Origin: Guillardia theta CCMP2712
Taxonomy: Eukaryota > Protista > Cryptophyta
NCBI RefSeq assembly: GCF_000315625.1
Contig: NW_005434666.1
Coordinates: 543,877-607,876 of the forward strand
DNA length: 64,000 bases
Direction: 5' to 3'
Part shown: piece after piece, positions 1 to 13,509 of the stretch
Layout: the number at the start of each line of letters is the position of its first letter
Position numbering within the stretch: position 1 is the stretch's first letter
Position numbers and translations under genes: made by a program
The notes under the pieces: generated by a model
Database searches by the model: none
Seen by the model: only the letters and a program-made list of their open reading frames with translations
What the model was told of the DNA's origin: nothing

Positions 1-820
1 CAGCAGCAGCTTCAGCAGCAGCACCAGGTGTATATGTCCCCACAACAGCAGCCTCAGCAGCAGCAGGAGGCTTATATGCCTCCACAACAACAGCAGGGTT
101 ATATGCAGCAGCAGCAGCAGCATCAGCCTCAGCAGCAACAGGCGTATATGCCCATGCCCCCACCACAGCAACAGGCGAATATGGTGCCCCAGCAGCAGCA
201 GGCGTACATGATGCCCCAGCAGCAGCAGCAGGCGTATATGATGCCCCAGCAGCAGCAGGAGGCGTATATGATGCCCCAGCAGCAGCAGGCGTATCTGCCT
301 CCACAGCAGCAGCAGCTTCAGCAGCAGCAGCTTCAGCAGCAGCAGCAGGCTTACATGCCCCAGCAGCAGCAGCTTCAGCAGCAGCAGCAGGCGTATATGC
401 CTCCACAGCTTCAGCAGCAGCAGCAGCAGCAGCAGCTTCAGCAGCAGCAGCAGCTTCAGCAGCAGCAGCAGCTTCAGCAGCAGCAGCAGCTTCAGCAGCA
501 GCAGCAGCTTCAGCAGCAGCAGCAGGCGTATATGCCTCCACAGCAGCTTCAGCAGCAGCAGCAGACCCAGCAGCGGCAAGTGTATATGCCCATGCACCCA
601 CCACAGCAACAAGCGTATATGATTCCCCAGCAGCAGCAGCAGGCGTACATGATGCCCCAGCAGCAGCTTCAGCCGCAGCAGGCGTATTTGCCTCCACAGC
701 AGCAGCAGCAGCAGGAGGCGTATATGATGCCCCAGCAGCAGCTTCAGCCGCAGCAGGCGTATTTGCCTCCACAGCAGCAGCAGCAGCAGGCGTATATGTC
801 CCAGCAGCGCCAGCAGCAGC
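1..820 (+). repeat. Coding CAG/polyQ repeat with interspersed GCGTATATG(ATG)CCC units
   Basis: Directly visible tandem CAG arrays. Confidence 0.95.
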
Positions 821-1819
821 TCCGCCCTCAAGAGCATGAAAGCATGGAGTCTCAGCGTGATACTGCCCCCAATAGACCAGAGGGCTTGTTTACAACGAGC
901 TCTAAGCTGCAAGTAACTTCGAATGCTCCAACAAAGCCGGGTCAAGGAGTGGCTGAACTCAAGCAGGTTGCTCACTCAGCGCAAGTGGCAATTCTAAAAC
1001 AACAGCCTGCAAAAATTTCGCAGGTACTCATCGATCGCTTTCATCTGTAGACTCTGCTTGTTCTCTGATTTGTCAAATCAGGGATTCGCAAAACAACAGC
1101 AACCACTTTCTGGTTCTGTCTCAAATAGTGCAAATACAGCGACTGCCCTGGCCCCATCCAACTCAGTCACTTCTACCGGCCCGATCAATGCAGCACCCTT
1201 GCTGCAGGAGGCCTCTGTGCAGAAGCCAGGTAACGGAGTTCGATCAGGTCGTGCAGGCTCAAGTAGTTGATGAGAGATACAGGGACTCTGCCAGTGAACA
1301 CCGCGCTTGCAGGACAGAACCCGATGCTCGTCGATGGACAGGCTGCAGATGTGGGAAGCTTGCAGCGGCAGGCAGCTAATGAGGTAGACGAGGAGTTTTG
1401 ATTGATTGCGCTCTGCCACGGTTTCCCTCCCCGTCCACTTTCCCCTGTCCCGTTTGTTTCCATTAATGGATGGGTTGTCTATTATCTGTCGCGTTGAACT
1501 GCTCACCTAATCATATTTGCAGGCGTCGAAGACGCTTCGCAAGTCGTTGGGCACTGCGACTCCCCAACAGATGTCGCTCAGGCAGCAGATGCAACAGCAG
1601 ATGCTCAAGGTAGTTTGCGTTCTACCCTTCCTGGTCCTCATGGCTGTTGTACAGAAAGAAGAATCTGACGCCCAGGGAATCAACGGAGGCGAGCTGAGCA
1701 TGGATGACCCCGTTGCACAGCTCGGGGTGGACCAGACTGGGTTGAATGTCGGTAACAGCCTGACGCATGTGAAGGCTGCGGCGAACCCGCAGCTGACTCG
1801 CATCGGGCTCTTTCAGTGA
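1..1819 (+). CDS. Glutamine-rich low-complexity protein (5' end outside window), multi-exon
   Basis: ORF 28..1050 is (CAG)n with repeated AYM(M/P)PQQQ units. GT-AG introns at about 1024-1081, 1230-1282, 1384-1522 and 1610-1653 join it in frame to the ...RIGLFQ* exon ending at 1819. Confidence 0.7.
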
Positions 1820-2026
1820 GCGTGTAAATATGGAGGCACATTGAATCTTTAAAGTTCCATTCGTGAAATCCACTCGAGCACAAGACTTGAGAACGAAGGC
1901 AGGCGCCAACGTCATCCCCGCACATGGCATACTTATTGAACAGGTCGTGGAAAATCTTTACAAGGCAGCACGACAAACATGTCGTGCTTCGACGGTTTGA
2001 GCATGTTGAATTCCGAGTCTTGATCT

Positions 2027-3238
2027 TTACTGAGGAGGAGCGCCCCGGCCAGGAGGCATGCCAGGAGGGGGTCCACCCATTCCTGGGGGAGGCGGCATGC
2101 CACGTCCCATCATGCCCGGAGGAGGAGGCATGCCGGGAGGAACACCCTGGTGCATGTCAGATCGCAGCCCGCCGCTCATATCGGTGAGTCACCGGGAAGC
2201 CAGGAGGAGGCATTCCACGCCCTGGGGGCATGCCGGGAGGAGGCATACCCGGAGGAGGAGGCATGCCGGGAGGGGGAGGACCTCCGCGGCCAGGAGGCAT
2301 TCCAGGAGGCATTCCAGGTGGCATACCGGGAGGCATACCGCCAGGAGGAGGAGGCATACCAGGGGGATACCCTCTTCCCATCTGTCATCACACCATCAGC
2401 ACACGCGGACATCCTCAAGCAGTACATCGACCACCTGGGGAGGAGCAGAAATTCCACGTCCCTGAAACCAACAAACAACAAAGAAACAAAGATGAAGTCA
2501 TCGTCACTCAGAAAGTAGCAGTAGAAGCACCTGAGGTGCCATCTGCATCATTCCAGGTCCACCAACTCCTCGTGCGGGTCCAGCCAGCCCTTGAAGGAAG
2601 GAAATTGTCAAACAAAGCAGGTGATCCCCTTCCGAATACCTGCAGGTGCCTGTCCAACAGGAGCCATTGGAAGACCTCGCCCACCAGGGGCTGCAACTCC
2701 TGGGCCCAGTCCGACCTAAACAAACATATGAGCAGAGGGGATACACGTGCTTGAATGATTACGCCAGCAGCTAATCTGTTCTTCTTGTCTTCCGAAGGAG
2801 GTTTGCTTTCTACAGTGAGGGAAACCACGCTCTCTCCTCGCAAGATTACGAGTCCCAAAGAACGTCTGCCACGTCACAGTTAGCATCTAATTCCAAGGCA
2901 ACAGATAGAAGGATTTGACGAATAAGTTTGGAAAGGATGTTTGAGACAGGAGAAATAGTCAATAGAAGGACTGCATATTACTTCTCTTCTCTCTCTTCTC
3001 CCTTGCCACCTTTCACGCTGAGCCTCCTGAATTCATCGCAATCTCCCAACACAATATTCATGTGCTTGTCAAAAGCCATGAACTTTCCAACAAGCTGTCT
3101 GCCATCTTCAATGGTAACTCGCATCCTGAAAAATTTAAATCAACCTACATGTTTTCTACACATAGAATGATGTGAGTAAAATCACCTGTAATTGACATAT
3201 TGCAGGATTTTTGAGCTCTTTGTCATACCCTGAGACAT
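2027..3238 (-). CDS. SNRPB: Small nuclear ribonucleoprotein SmB/B'
   Basis: Spliced: MSQGMTKSSKILQYVNYR|MRVTIEDGRQLVGKFMAFDKHMNIVLGDCDEFR (Sm1), LGLVILRGESVVSLTVE (Sm2), and a C-terminal PPPGM/GRG tail ending PPGRGAPPQ*. Confidence 0.95.
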
Positions 3239-4489
3239 CCTTCCCTATTTTCTTCTCTCCCACAAGGGAAATATGGCTCGCCGGCAAGTGTTGGTTCAAA
3301 ACTGTTCAAGTGACCTGGAGTACCAAAAAAAATTATCAATATCAAAGGCTCAATAGTCGTTTGTTTGGAAGGGGGTAATAATAAAGTTGACAGGCATCTG
3401 AATCAAACACAGGAGTTGAACTGAATACAATGAACATATTCGTAGTTAAGTGTTAGCATGAAGACTGTTGGAATTTGCTTTGAACCCACAGAGCATTTCT
3501 ATTGAAATAGTAGCTCTTCTGTAAATCTTCTGTCTGATTTGTTCTAGTAAATTCGATGTAGATGATAACCTCCATCTCACCACTGTCTACTGCCGAATTT
3601 CAAGCATGCTCCCTCTCCACACCCGACTGCGATTGTTATCTCCATGTCGAATTTTCGTCCGCCCTCGTGTGGCAAGGAAGGTTTCATTCTCTACAAGTGT
3701 GTAGATCCAAAGATACACAATGGCCCTCAACACTAGCGATTAATCCAACTGAATTATTCCACGAACCTTCTAAGCAACCCCTCGTGCATAGCAAACCAAG
3801 GCATCCTGGAGCAGGCTGTTTCAATAAGGCCGCCTCGTCCAATTTACCGCCCGCCTATGCCAATCACCCATGCATTCTGAAAACCTTTTCAACATAAACT
3901 ATCACCAAAATGATATTTCTCCTTCAATATTTTTCCTCAGCTCTCAAAAATCCTTTCCTCAAACATCCTTCACTGTAAATCGTTGAACTCCAAAAACGAG
4001 TCCCTGCATACCTTCTCTCCCGTCAAAATCTCATCCTACAATCCCAAGTGACGTACCATGAGCATCGTCACTCTATCCTTCAATACATCCTTCGTTCATC
4101 TTCACCCTGCAAGCCCTCCTTTGCTGCCCTTCGCTGCCCTTCCCCTTTCTCGCGCCATTTCCTCTGTCAGATCCGCTGTCGCCCGTTTTCCATCCGTAAC
4201 GGATCACGAGCGACGACCCCACCCCCACCCTACCCGTCTTTCTCTCGCACCTCAGCCTGATCCAACTTATTTCCTTGATCAAAGAACATTACCTATTTTT
4301 ATTAGAGGATTTAATAGAAAAATGGTCACCTTTGGAGCCTTCAATATCGATTCCTCTTCAAACAAGAACCCTACCTATTCCCAGCCAACACACCCCACAG
4401 AGACGGTACCTCCACTCCCTGCCAGGGTCTGTTTGGGCCACCCCATCCGATATCAGTTGCTGCAGGGGTGGTCAGAAGGGGTGGGGAGG

Positions 4490-4640
4490 TCCGGGATCGG
4501 ACCGGGCCCGGCGCCCGGCTGAGTGGCGGGCTCATGCCGGGCGGCCCGGCCGGGCCGCGTTCCGCCCGGGACTTCATGCGACTGCAGCTGAGCCCGGCCC
4601 GACTTGGAGAGGCTTGCGGCAGGCCGCAGTGCCGCCTTGC
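4490..4640. other. GC-rich CCGGGCCCGG palindrome island (intergenic)
   Basis: ccgggcccggcgcccggc and ccggccgggccg; the same sequence class recurs at other intergenic sites. Confidence 0.6.
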
Positions 4641-4918
4641 AACTTGCAACACTTAAGGGTTCAACGGTCTTGGTTTCAAGTGAAGGGATAGTCCGGCGTG
4701 TTAACTGACAGTGAAGCCTCAGGCTCGGCGCTAGGAGCCTTCCGACAGTGGCCGGGCACGGTTTGCATTCGGCGATCCATCAGCTTCTACGGCGTACATG
4801 TTACAAGAAGATGTTTGCATTAAGTCACCGAGTTCAGCGTTTCAAGTTTCGCTGGCGCCCGGCCGAGGCTGCGCCGCCGAGGCTATTTCAAAAAAGGAAC
4901 TTGAGTACACCAATCCGA

Positions 4919-6578
4919 TTAGAGACAGTCGATCCAGGAAAGATCAACGTTGAACCGGTTGGGCACCCGTGACACGAACTGAGTGAGAAAGATACGTGAG
5001 GACTGAAGCTCCCTCATCATCAGAGCAAAGCAGGAGGACCTTGAAAACTTTTCTTCCCCAGGGATGAGGATGGATCACACCAACATCAGGTGTCCAGACC
5101 TGGAAATCGCGGAGGAACCTGAGGCACAACCAGGCAAATCAGAGAGGGAGGGATAGGGAGGGATAGGGAGGGATAGGGAGGGGGGGAGAGGCGAAAGCAA
5201 GTGTTACTGCAATGCTCCGTCGTGATTGTCTCGGTTCGACACATTCTTCATCTTGGAGGACATGTCTGGAAAGCATCTCAGGTGCTTGCCTGCGGCTCGC
5301 ACAAGGAGCTTCACACACCCGCCCGCACAAAGCTGAAGTGATGCATCTCGATCTCCTCCCTCGAGAACTGATAAAACCTGCAAGCCCGCCGTCACAGGGC
5401 CCTCCCTCTTGCTGCCCCTCCCGCTCTTTCACCGCTGGCAGTTAGCCATCCTTCGCGTCGGATCAACGATACAAGGATAGGGATGGGCTAGCAGGAGAGG
5501 GGATCCGGGTTTGATCTTGTAGATCAGCGGCACCTGAACAAACATCACCAACCGAACCAACACGCCCGGACAAGAGCGCCGGCTTGCCTGATTATACTCG
5601 TCGAAGGGAAGCAGTTCATACGAAGGCTGGAGGTAAGTTGTGAGGAGATATGGATGCCAGAGAGGAGCGACGAGCACCTCTTTGAAGTAAAACCTCATCT
5701 TGCATGATGTGCCGTCCAAGTCATCTTCAAGGATTTTCTTCTTGGCGTACGCAAGCTCGTCTTCCTGCCGCTCTCCCTTGAGAACAGGGAACTCGCTCTC
5801 AACCTCGGGGAGCTGACCCGATAGAACTCATCCGTATCCATGGACATGAAATGCGTGCAGTCCTTCGCCGCGCACATCTGCCTCCCGAGCTCCTGCAGCG
5901 GAGGAGGATTAGCCATGGCAGCCCCGATGCACAGCCTTCACCCTCTTGGTGAGCTCGTTGAAGAACTGATTCGAGACCATGCTCGGCGGCCCGCCCTGAA
6001 AGCAGATCAATCGAACCACAAGACCATCTCAGCTGCTGCTCGCGCTACCAGCTCGTTGGAGACGGGAGAGCACAAAGCCTCTTTCTCGTCGTTGCTGAAA
6101 ACCTTGGCCTCGTATCTTCAAGGACGGCAGTGGAGCGAAAGAGGGCGCAATGGTCACGTCAAACTACATCAATCAGGAGAGTGGTTACACTTTTACCTGT
6201 ACAGCTCATCGACGTATCCATTGTCTACCAGGAACTGAAGTCGTTTCTCGAGATCAGGATGCGCTGAGTTGCCGAAGTTGGAGACCTTCTCACAACCTCA
6301 TGCTAAGAGACGGAGGAGGGACGCATCAGCCTTGTTACCGTCTGGTAGACGACGCAGATGTAGTCCACGTTGCTCTTGATGGATCTGATGCTGTCAAGAA
6401 GGAGCTCCTCGCCGTCGTAGACATTGTATGCAACCTGAGCGACACGATTGAGCGAAGCTAAAGGGCATGTTCGCTTTCTCACGCCGAGCTTCATGGTGCG
6501 TCCAGACGTGTCTGATGAGCTGCTTGAGTCGTCGTAGAGAGGCTTGCGACGAGAGGACTCCATGAAACCTTTCTTCAT
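4919..6578 (-). CDS. Putative GT-A fold glycosyltransferase of a prokaryote/virus-like family, multi-exon
   Basis: Spliced: MKLG|VAYNVYDGEELLLDSIRSIKSNVDYICVVYQT|VSNFG...CTHFMSMDTDEFY (DxD)...VPLIYKI...CIVDPTRR...MHHFSFVR...VPNRFNV. Start at 6578 or 6494. Confidence 0.7.
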
Positions 6579-6796
6579 TCTTCCCCTCCGCCCACTTTCC
6601 CTCCTCCGCTCCCTTCACCTTCAATGACTGAATGATGAATCTCCTTGCGATTTCCAATTCCTGTTCCTCCCCTACTTTCTGCACATTTTGTTGTGGAGAA
6701 GGGGTGGGTGGGTGGGTGACGCCCTCTACCAAGGAACTTGGCGGATAGCTACGAGCCTGGTGGGAGGACGCAAGGAGATGTTTACTGTAAGCTACT

Positions 6797-8464
6797 CTAT
6801 CTAGTGGCCAAGATATAAGGTCTGAGCTGCTCGATGGTGGGAGGATACCATTGTGACTCTCCTGTTTGCGAGTTCCACCTGCAGCCCCCCGTCACTGTAC
6901 TCGATTGTGATCCTGACTCCTACTCCTCCACCATGGCCGCCATCTCCCATCATCATGCGCATCATCACCAACATCACCACCTTCTCTTCCGCCATAACAA
7001 CTACCAATCTCATCCCCGCCAACACTTTCATCCTCCTCACTCACCAATACGGGTAACCATCTTCAGCAAAGTGTTGCTGCCATGGACCGTACGCTGAGTT
7101 GTTGATCTGACAAGTATCACCAGGGGGAGGAGGCAGCGGAGCGATTTACCTCTCGTTGATCCATCTGTGCATCAGTAGGAGCATGTGGGGATGCAGCTTG
7201 TGACGAGGGTGCCTGCATTGTCCCTTGCTGCGCTGCAGCCTGATCCCCCAGATGAAGTCACATCAGTAAAGAGCAAGAGCGGCAAGAGCAGAAGTCGCAA
7301 GGGTCGGACCTGTCTGTTCGGCTCGGATGCCTCGGAGTTGACGGATGTAGTGCCATTCTTCTTGAGCCAGGTCTGCTTTTCCTCATCGAAGTACCAATCG
7401 GTCGGCTTGTCCGCAGGCTTCTTCGAGGAAGCAAAGACTTTGGTGAGGCCCCCGATTCTGGACCACAGTCCTTCTACGCTTCGTGTGGCATTAACGAGAT
7501 TGTCCTCGAACCTCCTGGCAAGATTCGACAGGTTGAATGTTGAATTTCGAGTCGCTCCTGCGCTGTTCAGTGCAAGCTGGTTGTCCACCGGAAGATGCCA
7601 CGAGGTAGCTCGAGTGATCGTATTGTAGTAGTACTTGCGACCACTCACAGGATCGATCGTCTCCTTCCACGTGCCGCTGTTGGCACCTTGAGCGTAATGC
7701 GCTCCTTGTGTGGCTCCCTGCGGCACCTGCTGGGCTGCCGCCGGCTGCTGGGAGGTAAATGCAGCATGCTTCTGTTCCTCTCGCTGCTGCACCGGGGTTT
7801 GTACAAGAGAGGGCTGAGCGACGGGTTGAGCGGTGGGTGTCACGATTGAAACTTCATGCTGCGATGCGATGTGCTGGGGTGCTTGCGTTGGCGCTGGCTG
7901 ATTGGTGGAGTGCAGCAAACCATCCCTCTGCAGCCCTTCCTGGGAAGCTCCGGGATCATTCTTCGATTCCGCTGTACTGATAGCAGTTGCCTCTTGTGAT
8001 GGCACCGGTTGATTCCCGGGGATGGGTGCACTTGGGGCCTTTGCTTGCTCAGATGGCCCACTCTGTGTATTCATCGTTGCGTCCTGAGCCTTCACAGGTA
8101 CAGCAGTCTCCTCCCTGGATGCGGCTGTCTGTACGGGAGTTTCGCTGGAGGAATGCTGCGCAATTTCTAGCTGACCGTTGCTGCCCAGCTTTCCGTACAG
8201 CACTGCTCCTGGAGGCAGCACCCAGCTGGTCAGCCGGCTGTTCATCTCATAGAAGTACGTTCTTCCGCTTGAAGGATCCTGACAGGAAACCCAAAGTGCA
8301 TGCGCCTGTGCGGGCTGGCTCCCTCCTCGCAGGCGGATTGAAGTCATTACGTCGTGACGGTAACGCGCGGAGATGGCACGAAGGCATGGTTTCGTCGCAC
8401 CAAGGTTAGCTAGGATTGCAGTCAAGAAGATGATTGTAAGCTTGCGGTGGCATGAGGCATCCAT
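6797..8464 (-). CDS. Signal-peptide protein with RLRGG motif and three WW domains
   Basis: Hydrophobic N-terminus, then IRLRGG. WW1 WVSCQDPSSGRTYFYEMNSRLTSWVLP; WW2 WKETIDPVSGRKYYYNTITRATSWHLP; WW3 split by an intron, WQQHFAEDGYPYW|WNSQTGESQWYPP. Stop at 6797. Confidence 0.8.
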
Positions 8465-9560
8465 CTTCGTCAGTTAGTCACCAAGAGTCAAGGCTGAGTC
8501 ATTCACAACGCGGCTACTTGACCATGTTCGAAATCGAGCAATCTCCATCAACCAATTCCATTTCAACCTGCAAGGAAAGACGTCAAGGTCGTTTGTTTGT
8601 TGGAATAAAATCGACAGAGCAGTCTTAGCTCCAACTGTTCCAGTCTTAAGTTGAGCTTCACACATAACACTTAGCGATGAGACAAGTCCATTTCATATAG
8701 AACACTTAGCGATGAACTAAATTCATCTGAATTCCCAACAACGGAAGGTACCAAACCAAGTACTCGACATATCACTTCAGAACCACCAGTGGATGTGAAA
8801 GACGACAAAATTCACATAAGGAGACACATTGAAGATCCATCTTCTTTCAAGCTACACTTACGTGATCAGATGCATACATCATGGAATTCATTTCAGTGTT
8901 GGTGATGTCTCAAGAACATTGGAACGGGAGAGAGATTGCTGCAAGTTTCAGACAATTACAAGATGAGTTCAGCTCTATGACTACCGCGGCACTCGACAAG
9001 AAATCCACTTTTCTTTCTTTGTTCTTTTTTCTTTTTTTGGCTTTTTGGCATGAATGATGAAGTAAAACATCGCTGCGAGGATCCAATTCAAGGAGGGCAG
9101 GGAGACAGCAGCACAAGAACAAGGAATGAAGCAAGAGAGACGGGCAAGCGTTCAGTCTCGGTAGAGTGTTGATGTGGATGACGCCTCCATGACATTTCGA
9201 GAAGAGGGAAGGAGGAGAGAGAGGAGACAGAAGAGGAGGAGGAGGAGGAAACAGACTAGAACACTAGCAGCATCCCGCTGCCGCCACGCATCATGGATGG
9301 GAAAAGCAGCCTCCTTTGAGAGATGCTGTATTCCAATGCAAGTTGACGAGTAGAGTATTATGAATAGATTCTACGAATTGGCCAACTTTTCATCGCCCCA
9401 ATCGTGCTTTCTGGGGTCCTCGGAAACTCCCGGATACTTCTCCGGTTTAGCAGCAATGGATACTTTCCCGGATACTTGTGGTCTACCATCGTCGTGGTGT
9501 CGCAGTTTCCGGGATCGTGGGGGCATGGCGGGGGGGTTCGATGTCTGGAAAAGAGCAAGC

Positions 9561-11162
9561 ATGGAGGAGGGAGGGAAAGAGGGAGAAAAGAAACGGATGG
9601 GACGAGGAACTCTTCAGGATGTTGGAGGAGGCCTCACTCAAACCACCACTCTTTTATGCTTGCTCTGCCTTCTGGGTTCGATCCCATCAGCCTCTCCGTT
9701 CGCTCTTCCTCCTCCGTCCTCCTTATCTCCTCTTCATCGACCAGGGCTGTTCCTCCCTACATCCTCTCTCGCCAACCAGCATCCATGTCGTCGAGGATGG
9801 ACTTGCGCCCTTGAACGAGCTGATTCACGTGGCTCTACACCGGTCGGTGTGGGGAGGGGTAACCTCCGCCTTCTGGAGGGGGTTCCGTTTGCTCTTGGCA
9901 TGGCCAAGAGGAGAGTGTGGGTATGGACCCCAGACGGATACGAATCAGGCGATGAAAGTTTCCCCGTCGTGTATTGTCAGGACGGGCAAAACAAGATGGA
10001 CAGTGAGCAATGACGTCTACGTGCCGCTCTGACATCATTATAGAGAACACAAGCTGGCTGCAGGCAGACTGGCAGCTGGGAAGAGCTGCTTCCATTCTCC
10101 AGGTTCGCAGCACCACTGTGGCGTGAACTAATGGCGAGGACATAGGATGAAGGGGTGATTGTTCCAACAATCTTCGTGCTCATAGAGAACGCCGGGTGAG
10201 TGATCGCTTCTTGGTGACAGCTATCGTTGACGGGAAGGCTCAGTGGTTTGCGGTTCATTGAGTACGCTGACAGCATGCTTGGAAATGCTTATGTGAACTG
10301 GTAAGGTCAAGGCGGTGGTGCAGACATTGAGTCTGAAAGCCTTGGTTCAGGATGTGTGATACACTGAAACCATACGTGGATGATCGATTCAGAACCTCGA
10401 AGAGACCTGAATCCACCTTTGTAAGTGTAGTCATGCAAGATTGGCGCCAGCGCACTTACCGTACAACACAGGCGATGGGGAGCAGCATGGGGGCATCCAT
10501 CTCGTTTCTTGCAGCATACCAGCGACCAGTGAGATTATTTGCTTCAGGTTTCCTATATGACGACAAGTGCCAGGACGTTTTCGGAGGGGCATGTTGCATA
10601 TCTCCTGCCTTTCAGACAAACACGATTGCTTCAGTGTTGTTTGACTTTGAAGGGTTCGCTTCGAACAAGTAAGGGGATTTCATGACTTGCATTACCGTTG
10701 CGATGGGTTCATTGGTTTACCATGCAGGTACGAAAAGATGAAAATTTACATTGACAACGGTGGCTCCACGAAGGAGAAGGAGGTTTCCCTGTGATGTCCT
10801 CGAAACCAACTCACGGGCTAATCTCAAGGTTCCGTTCTTCGATCCAAGAGATGGGCTTCAACGAGCAGGTTACTGGTGGCTTGACACTCAGGTCTAGCTG
10901 GAGTGCCTGCCGTCGGACTTGAGCTTACCTGGTCTGCAGCTGCAACCGAGCATAGACGCCATGCTCTTTGCCTTGGAAAGCCGAGGGTTGACGAGAGCTT
11001 CCGGCCGACTCAAGTACATCAAATTTCCAGGTATGGCAGCAGGAGCTTGGGAAGGAGCTGCTCACTGAATCTCAAGGCGCTCGCCACAATGAAAACGCAT
11101 GGAGGAGGAGGGTTCGCGAGCCCTTGACATTTATTCTCTCACAGTCAGAGGGAATGAGATAA
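9561..11162 (+). CDS. Alpha/beta-hydrolase, putative esterase family (IroE/Fes-like), possibly plastid-targeted
   Basis: RRVWVWTPDGY...PVVYCQDGQN; LKPYVDDRFRT; nucleophile elbow GSSMG; catalytic His in HNENAW; hydrophobic leader ending SASP-FAL. Start uncertain. Confidence 0.85.
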
Positions 11163-11211
11163 ATTGATTCGATTGTCCTTTTAATCTATGGTGTTGCAAA
11201 TAGTCCTCACT

Positions 11212-13170
11212 TTATTGTTTTCATCCACATGCACGTTATGCAAAGTACTGCAACTTGTTTTCTGAGCTTGCAGCACTTGACGAAGTTGAGTACTATTTGA
11301 AATTGTGAATGAGAGGGTCAACGCTGATGTCAACTTCTCACCAACTTCTGACGAGTGGGCTCATTATCTGCCATCTTCGTCGAGTGCTCAGAATGCTGCG
11401 ATTCGATTCAATCTAGAAGAGGAATACAAACAACGGAAACCTGTTGTAGGTTCGAATTGGCTCGCAGGCTGCAATTAAAAGAAATTCGATCAGTGAAAGA
11501 TAGAACAGACCCTTCTACTATACTTGCTCAGCATCGAAGAATGGATTAAGTCAAAAGATGGGAGTATCTCCAATGCGGCCGCTGCCGCTGCCTGTTGCTC
11601 TTTCATCGCCTATGTGGCAATGTTGGATATTGAAGCACAAAACCCTGTTTATCTGAAGTACCTGCGCTATAGCTCTGTGACCAGATGTCAACCTTTGACC
11701 CAACTTTGCATCTCTCTCCTTGATAGACTGCAGTTCTGATCTGAGGACTTCAATCTGTGCAATCAGATTATTCGCAGTTGTATCAAGTGATGCTGAATCC
11801 TGCCTGTTTCACCAAAGCCTCGTTTTCTTCTGAATTCTTTGTCTTACTCTGTAGCTCTGCATTGAGAACTTGCATCTCATGCTGCGGAAAAAGCTTAGAA
11901 TCGATGGTCAGCAAAACCTTGCGACAACCTTCAACAAAGAGATTTGTCCTTTCAAAGATTCGTTTTCATGCACCAGCCTCGATTCCTCTTCCTGTATTGC
12001 CATCAGGATCAAACTCAGTGCTCCTCTTGGTACCTTGGAAAGGGATAGCTTTTCTTTAAGAAGATCAAAGTCAGACTTTACATCCTTCAATTGCTCTGCA
12101 AACTGTTCTTCGATCAGAGCATAGCAACATCAGTCAGAAGAAGAAAAAACCTTATCGCGAGCCAAGATAGCTTCTCTTGTTTTCTCCTTGGAAGCCAGGA
12201 GCATTTCCTCGAAACGCCTCAAATCCTCCATCCTTGCGCTCAACTCTTCTTCGAGGGGCCCGATTCCTGCACAAACAAGTTACGCTCTTGCTTTTAGAAT
12301 GCCTGCAACTCACTTGGATCTTCTTCGACTTGAACCGTCTGGGCATGAGCCTGCAGTCGGTCGGAATGCATGCGTAGCATCGCAACCTGAAAGATATAGT
12401 TGCCACACTCCAACCATTTCAGAGCACGGATGCATACCTGCGACTCTAATTCTTGAATTCTCGCGTTGCTGCTAATTTGTTTCTCCTTGAGATCAGAGCT
12501 GACGTGCATAATCTAGAGACATCGCAGTCATATCATGAATAGCCCACGTCAGGGAAAGAACCTCGATAAATTCAGGCGATCCTCTCATCAGTTCAACTTC
12601 GTAGACTTCGTTGGTGGATGGACGTCGCATCTGCAGTCTCACAAAACTGCAAAGTTTTCATCAAATTGAATTAGACTGAACTCTGAAAATCAATAAATTC
12701 ATCAAATTTCGCACCTTCCCTGTTTGCCTAAAATCTTATCACGGATCATGTGCAAATTTTGTCCCTCGACATTTCGAGGCCATTCACCGGCTTCAGCAAC
12801 CTGTTGTAACGTTCTCAGCATGTTTTGTATGAAACAACATAGTACTGTATGCCATACAGCTACTAATTGGTCTCCATGCTGAATCAGCCCGCATCTGTCG
12901 GCTGAAGAGCCATGAATGATGCTCTGCACGTATGCGAACGACGCCTTCGTGGATTGCTGCTCAAAGGAATCAGCAGAGCCTTGTGCAATGGACGCCGACC
13001 TGAAAGAAGATTCCAACCCCTGCCAGGTCCGGATTTCCTCTCAGGTCAGGTCGGATCTCCTCGTTGATCGACCGGAACCCGCCACTACGATAGCCCTCTT
13101 GGGAGATCCTTGCCAGGTCAAAGGGTGACCGAGTTTCTTGGCTCTGTCGCATGTTGCCTGCCCCCTTCAT
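11212..13170 (-). CDS. PDZ-domain plus long coiled-coil protein, multi-exon
   Basis: DLAGVGIFFQ...YVQSIIHGSSADRCGLIQHGDQLVAV...IRDKILG (PDZ), followed by heptad-rich exons. Ends approximate. Confidence 0.65.
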
Positions 13171-13509
13171 GGCCCAATGTCATGGTTGCAATTCAGGAAG
13201 GGGAGAAAAAAATTGAACATATTGTGTCGATCTAGATTCTGAGCTTGTGAAAAATGTAGAAACAGCATGTTTCATCATGACTGTGCACAAAAGAACAAGT
13301 TGAGATAATCCACCGTCTCGCAGCGTTAACAATGGATCAACTGGAAGGTATGCAGGGCAAGGTAACAAGCAATCTTTTACATGATCTCAACGCCTAGACA
13401 CGACAGTATCTAACATCATCACATAGCACATCTTTTATCATCTCCTCCTGTCTTACCGCAATGTTACTCCATCCTCCTTGCATCGTGTTGCTAGGCTGCC
13501 GAATCCCCA

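Noticed and set aside
2058-2754. Plus-strand Gly/Pro-rich ORFs
   Set aside because: Antisense of the SmB proline-rich tail.
3250-4480. Possible gene or ncRNA upstream of SmB
   Set aside because: The ORFs are low-complexity without motifs, and I recognised no tRNA, snRNA or snoRNA signature.
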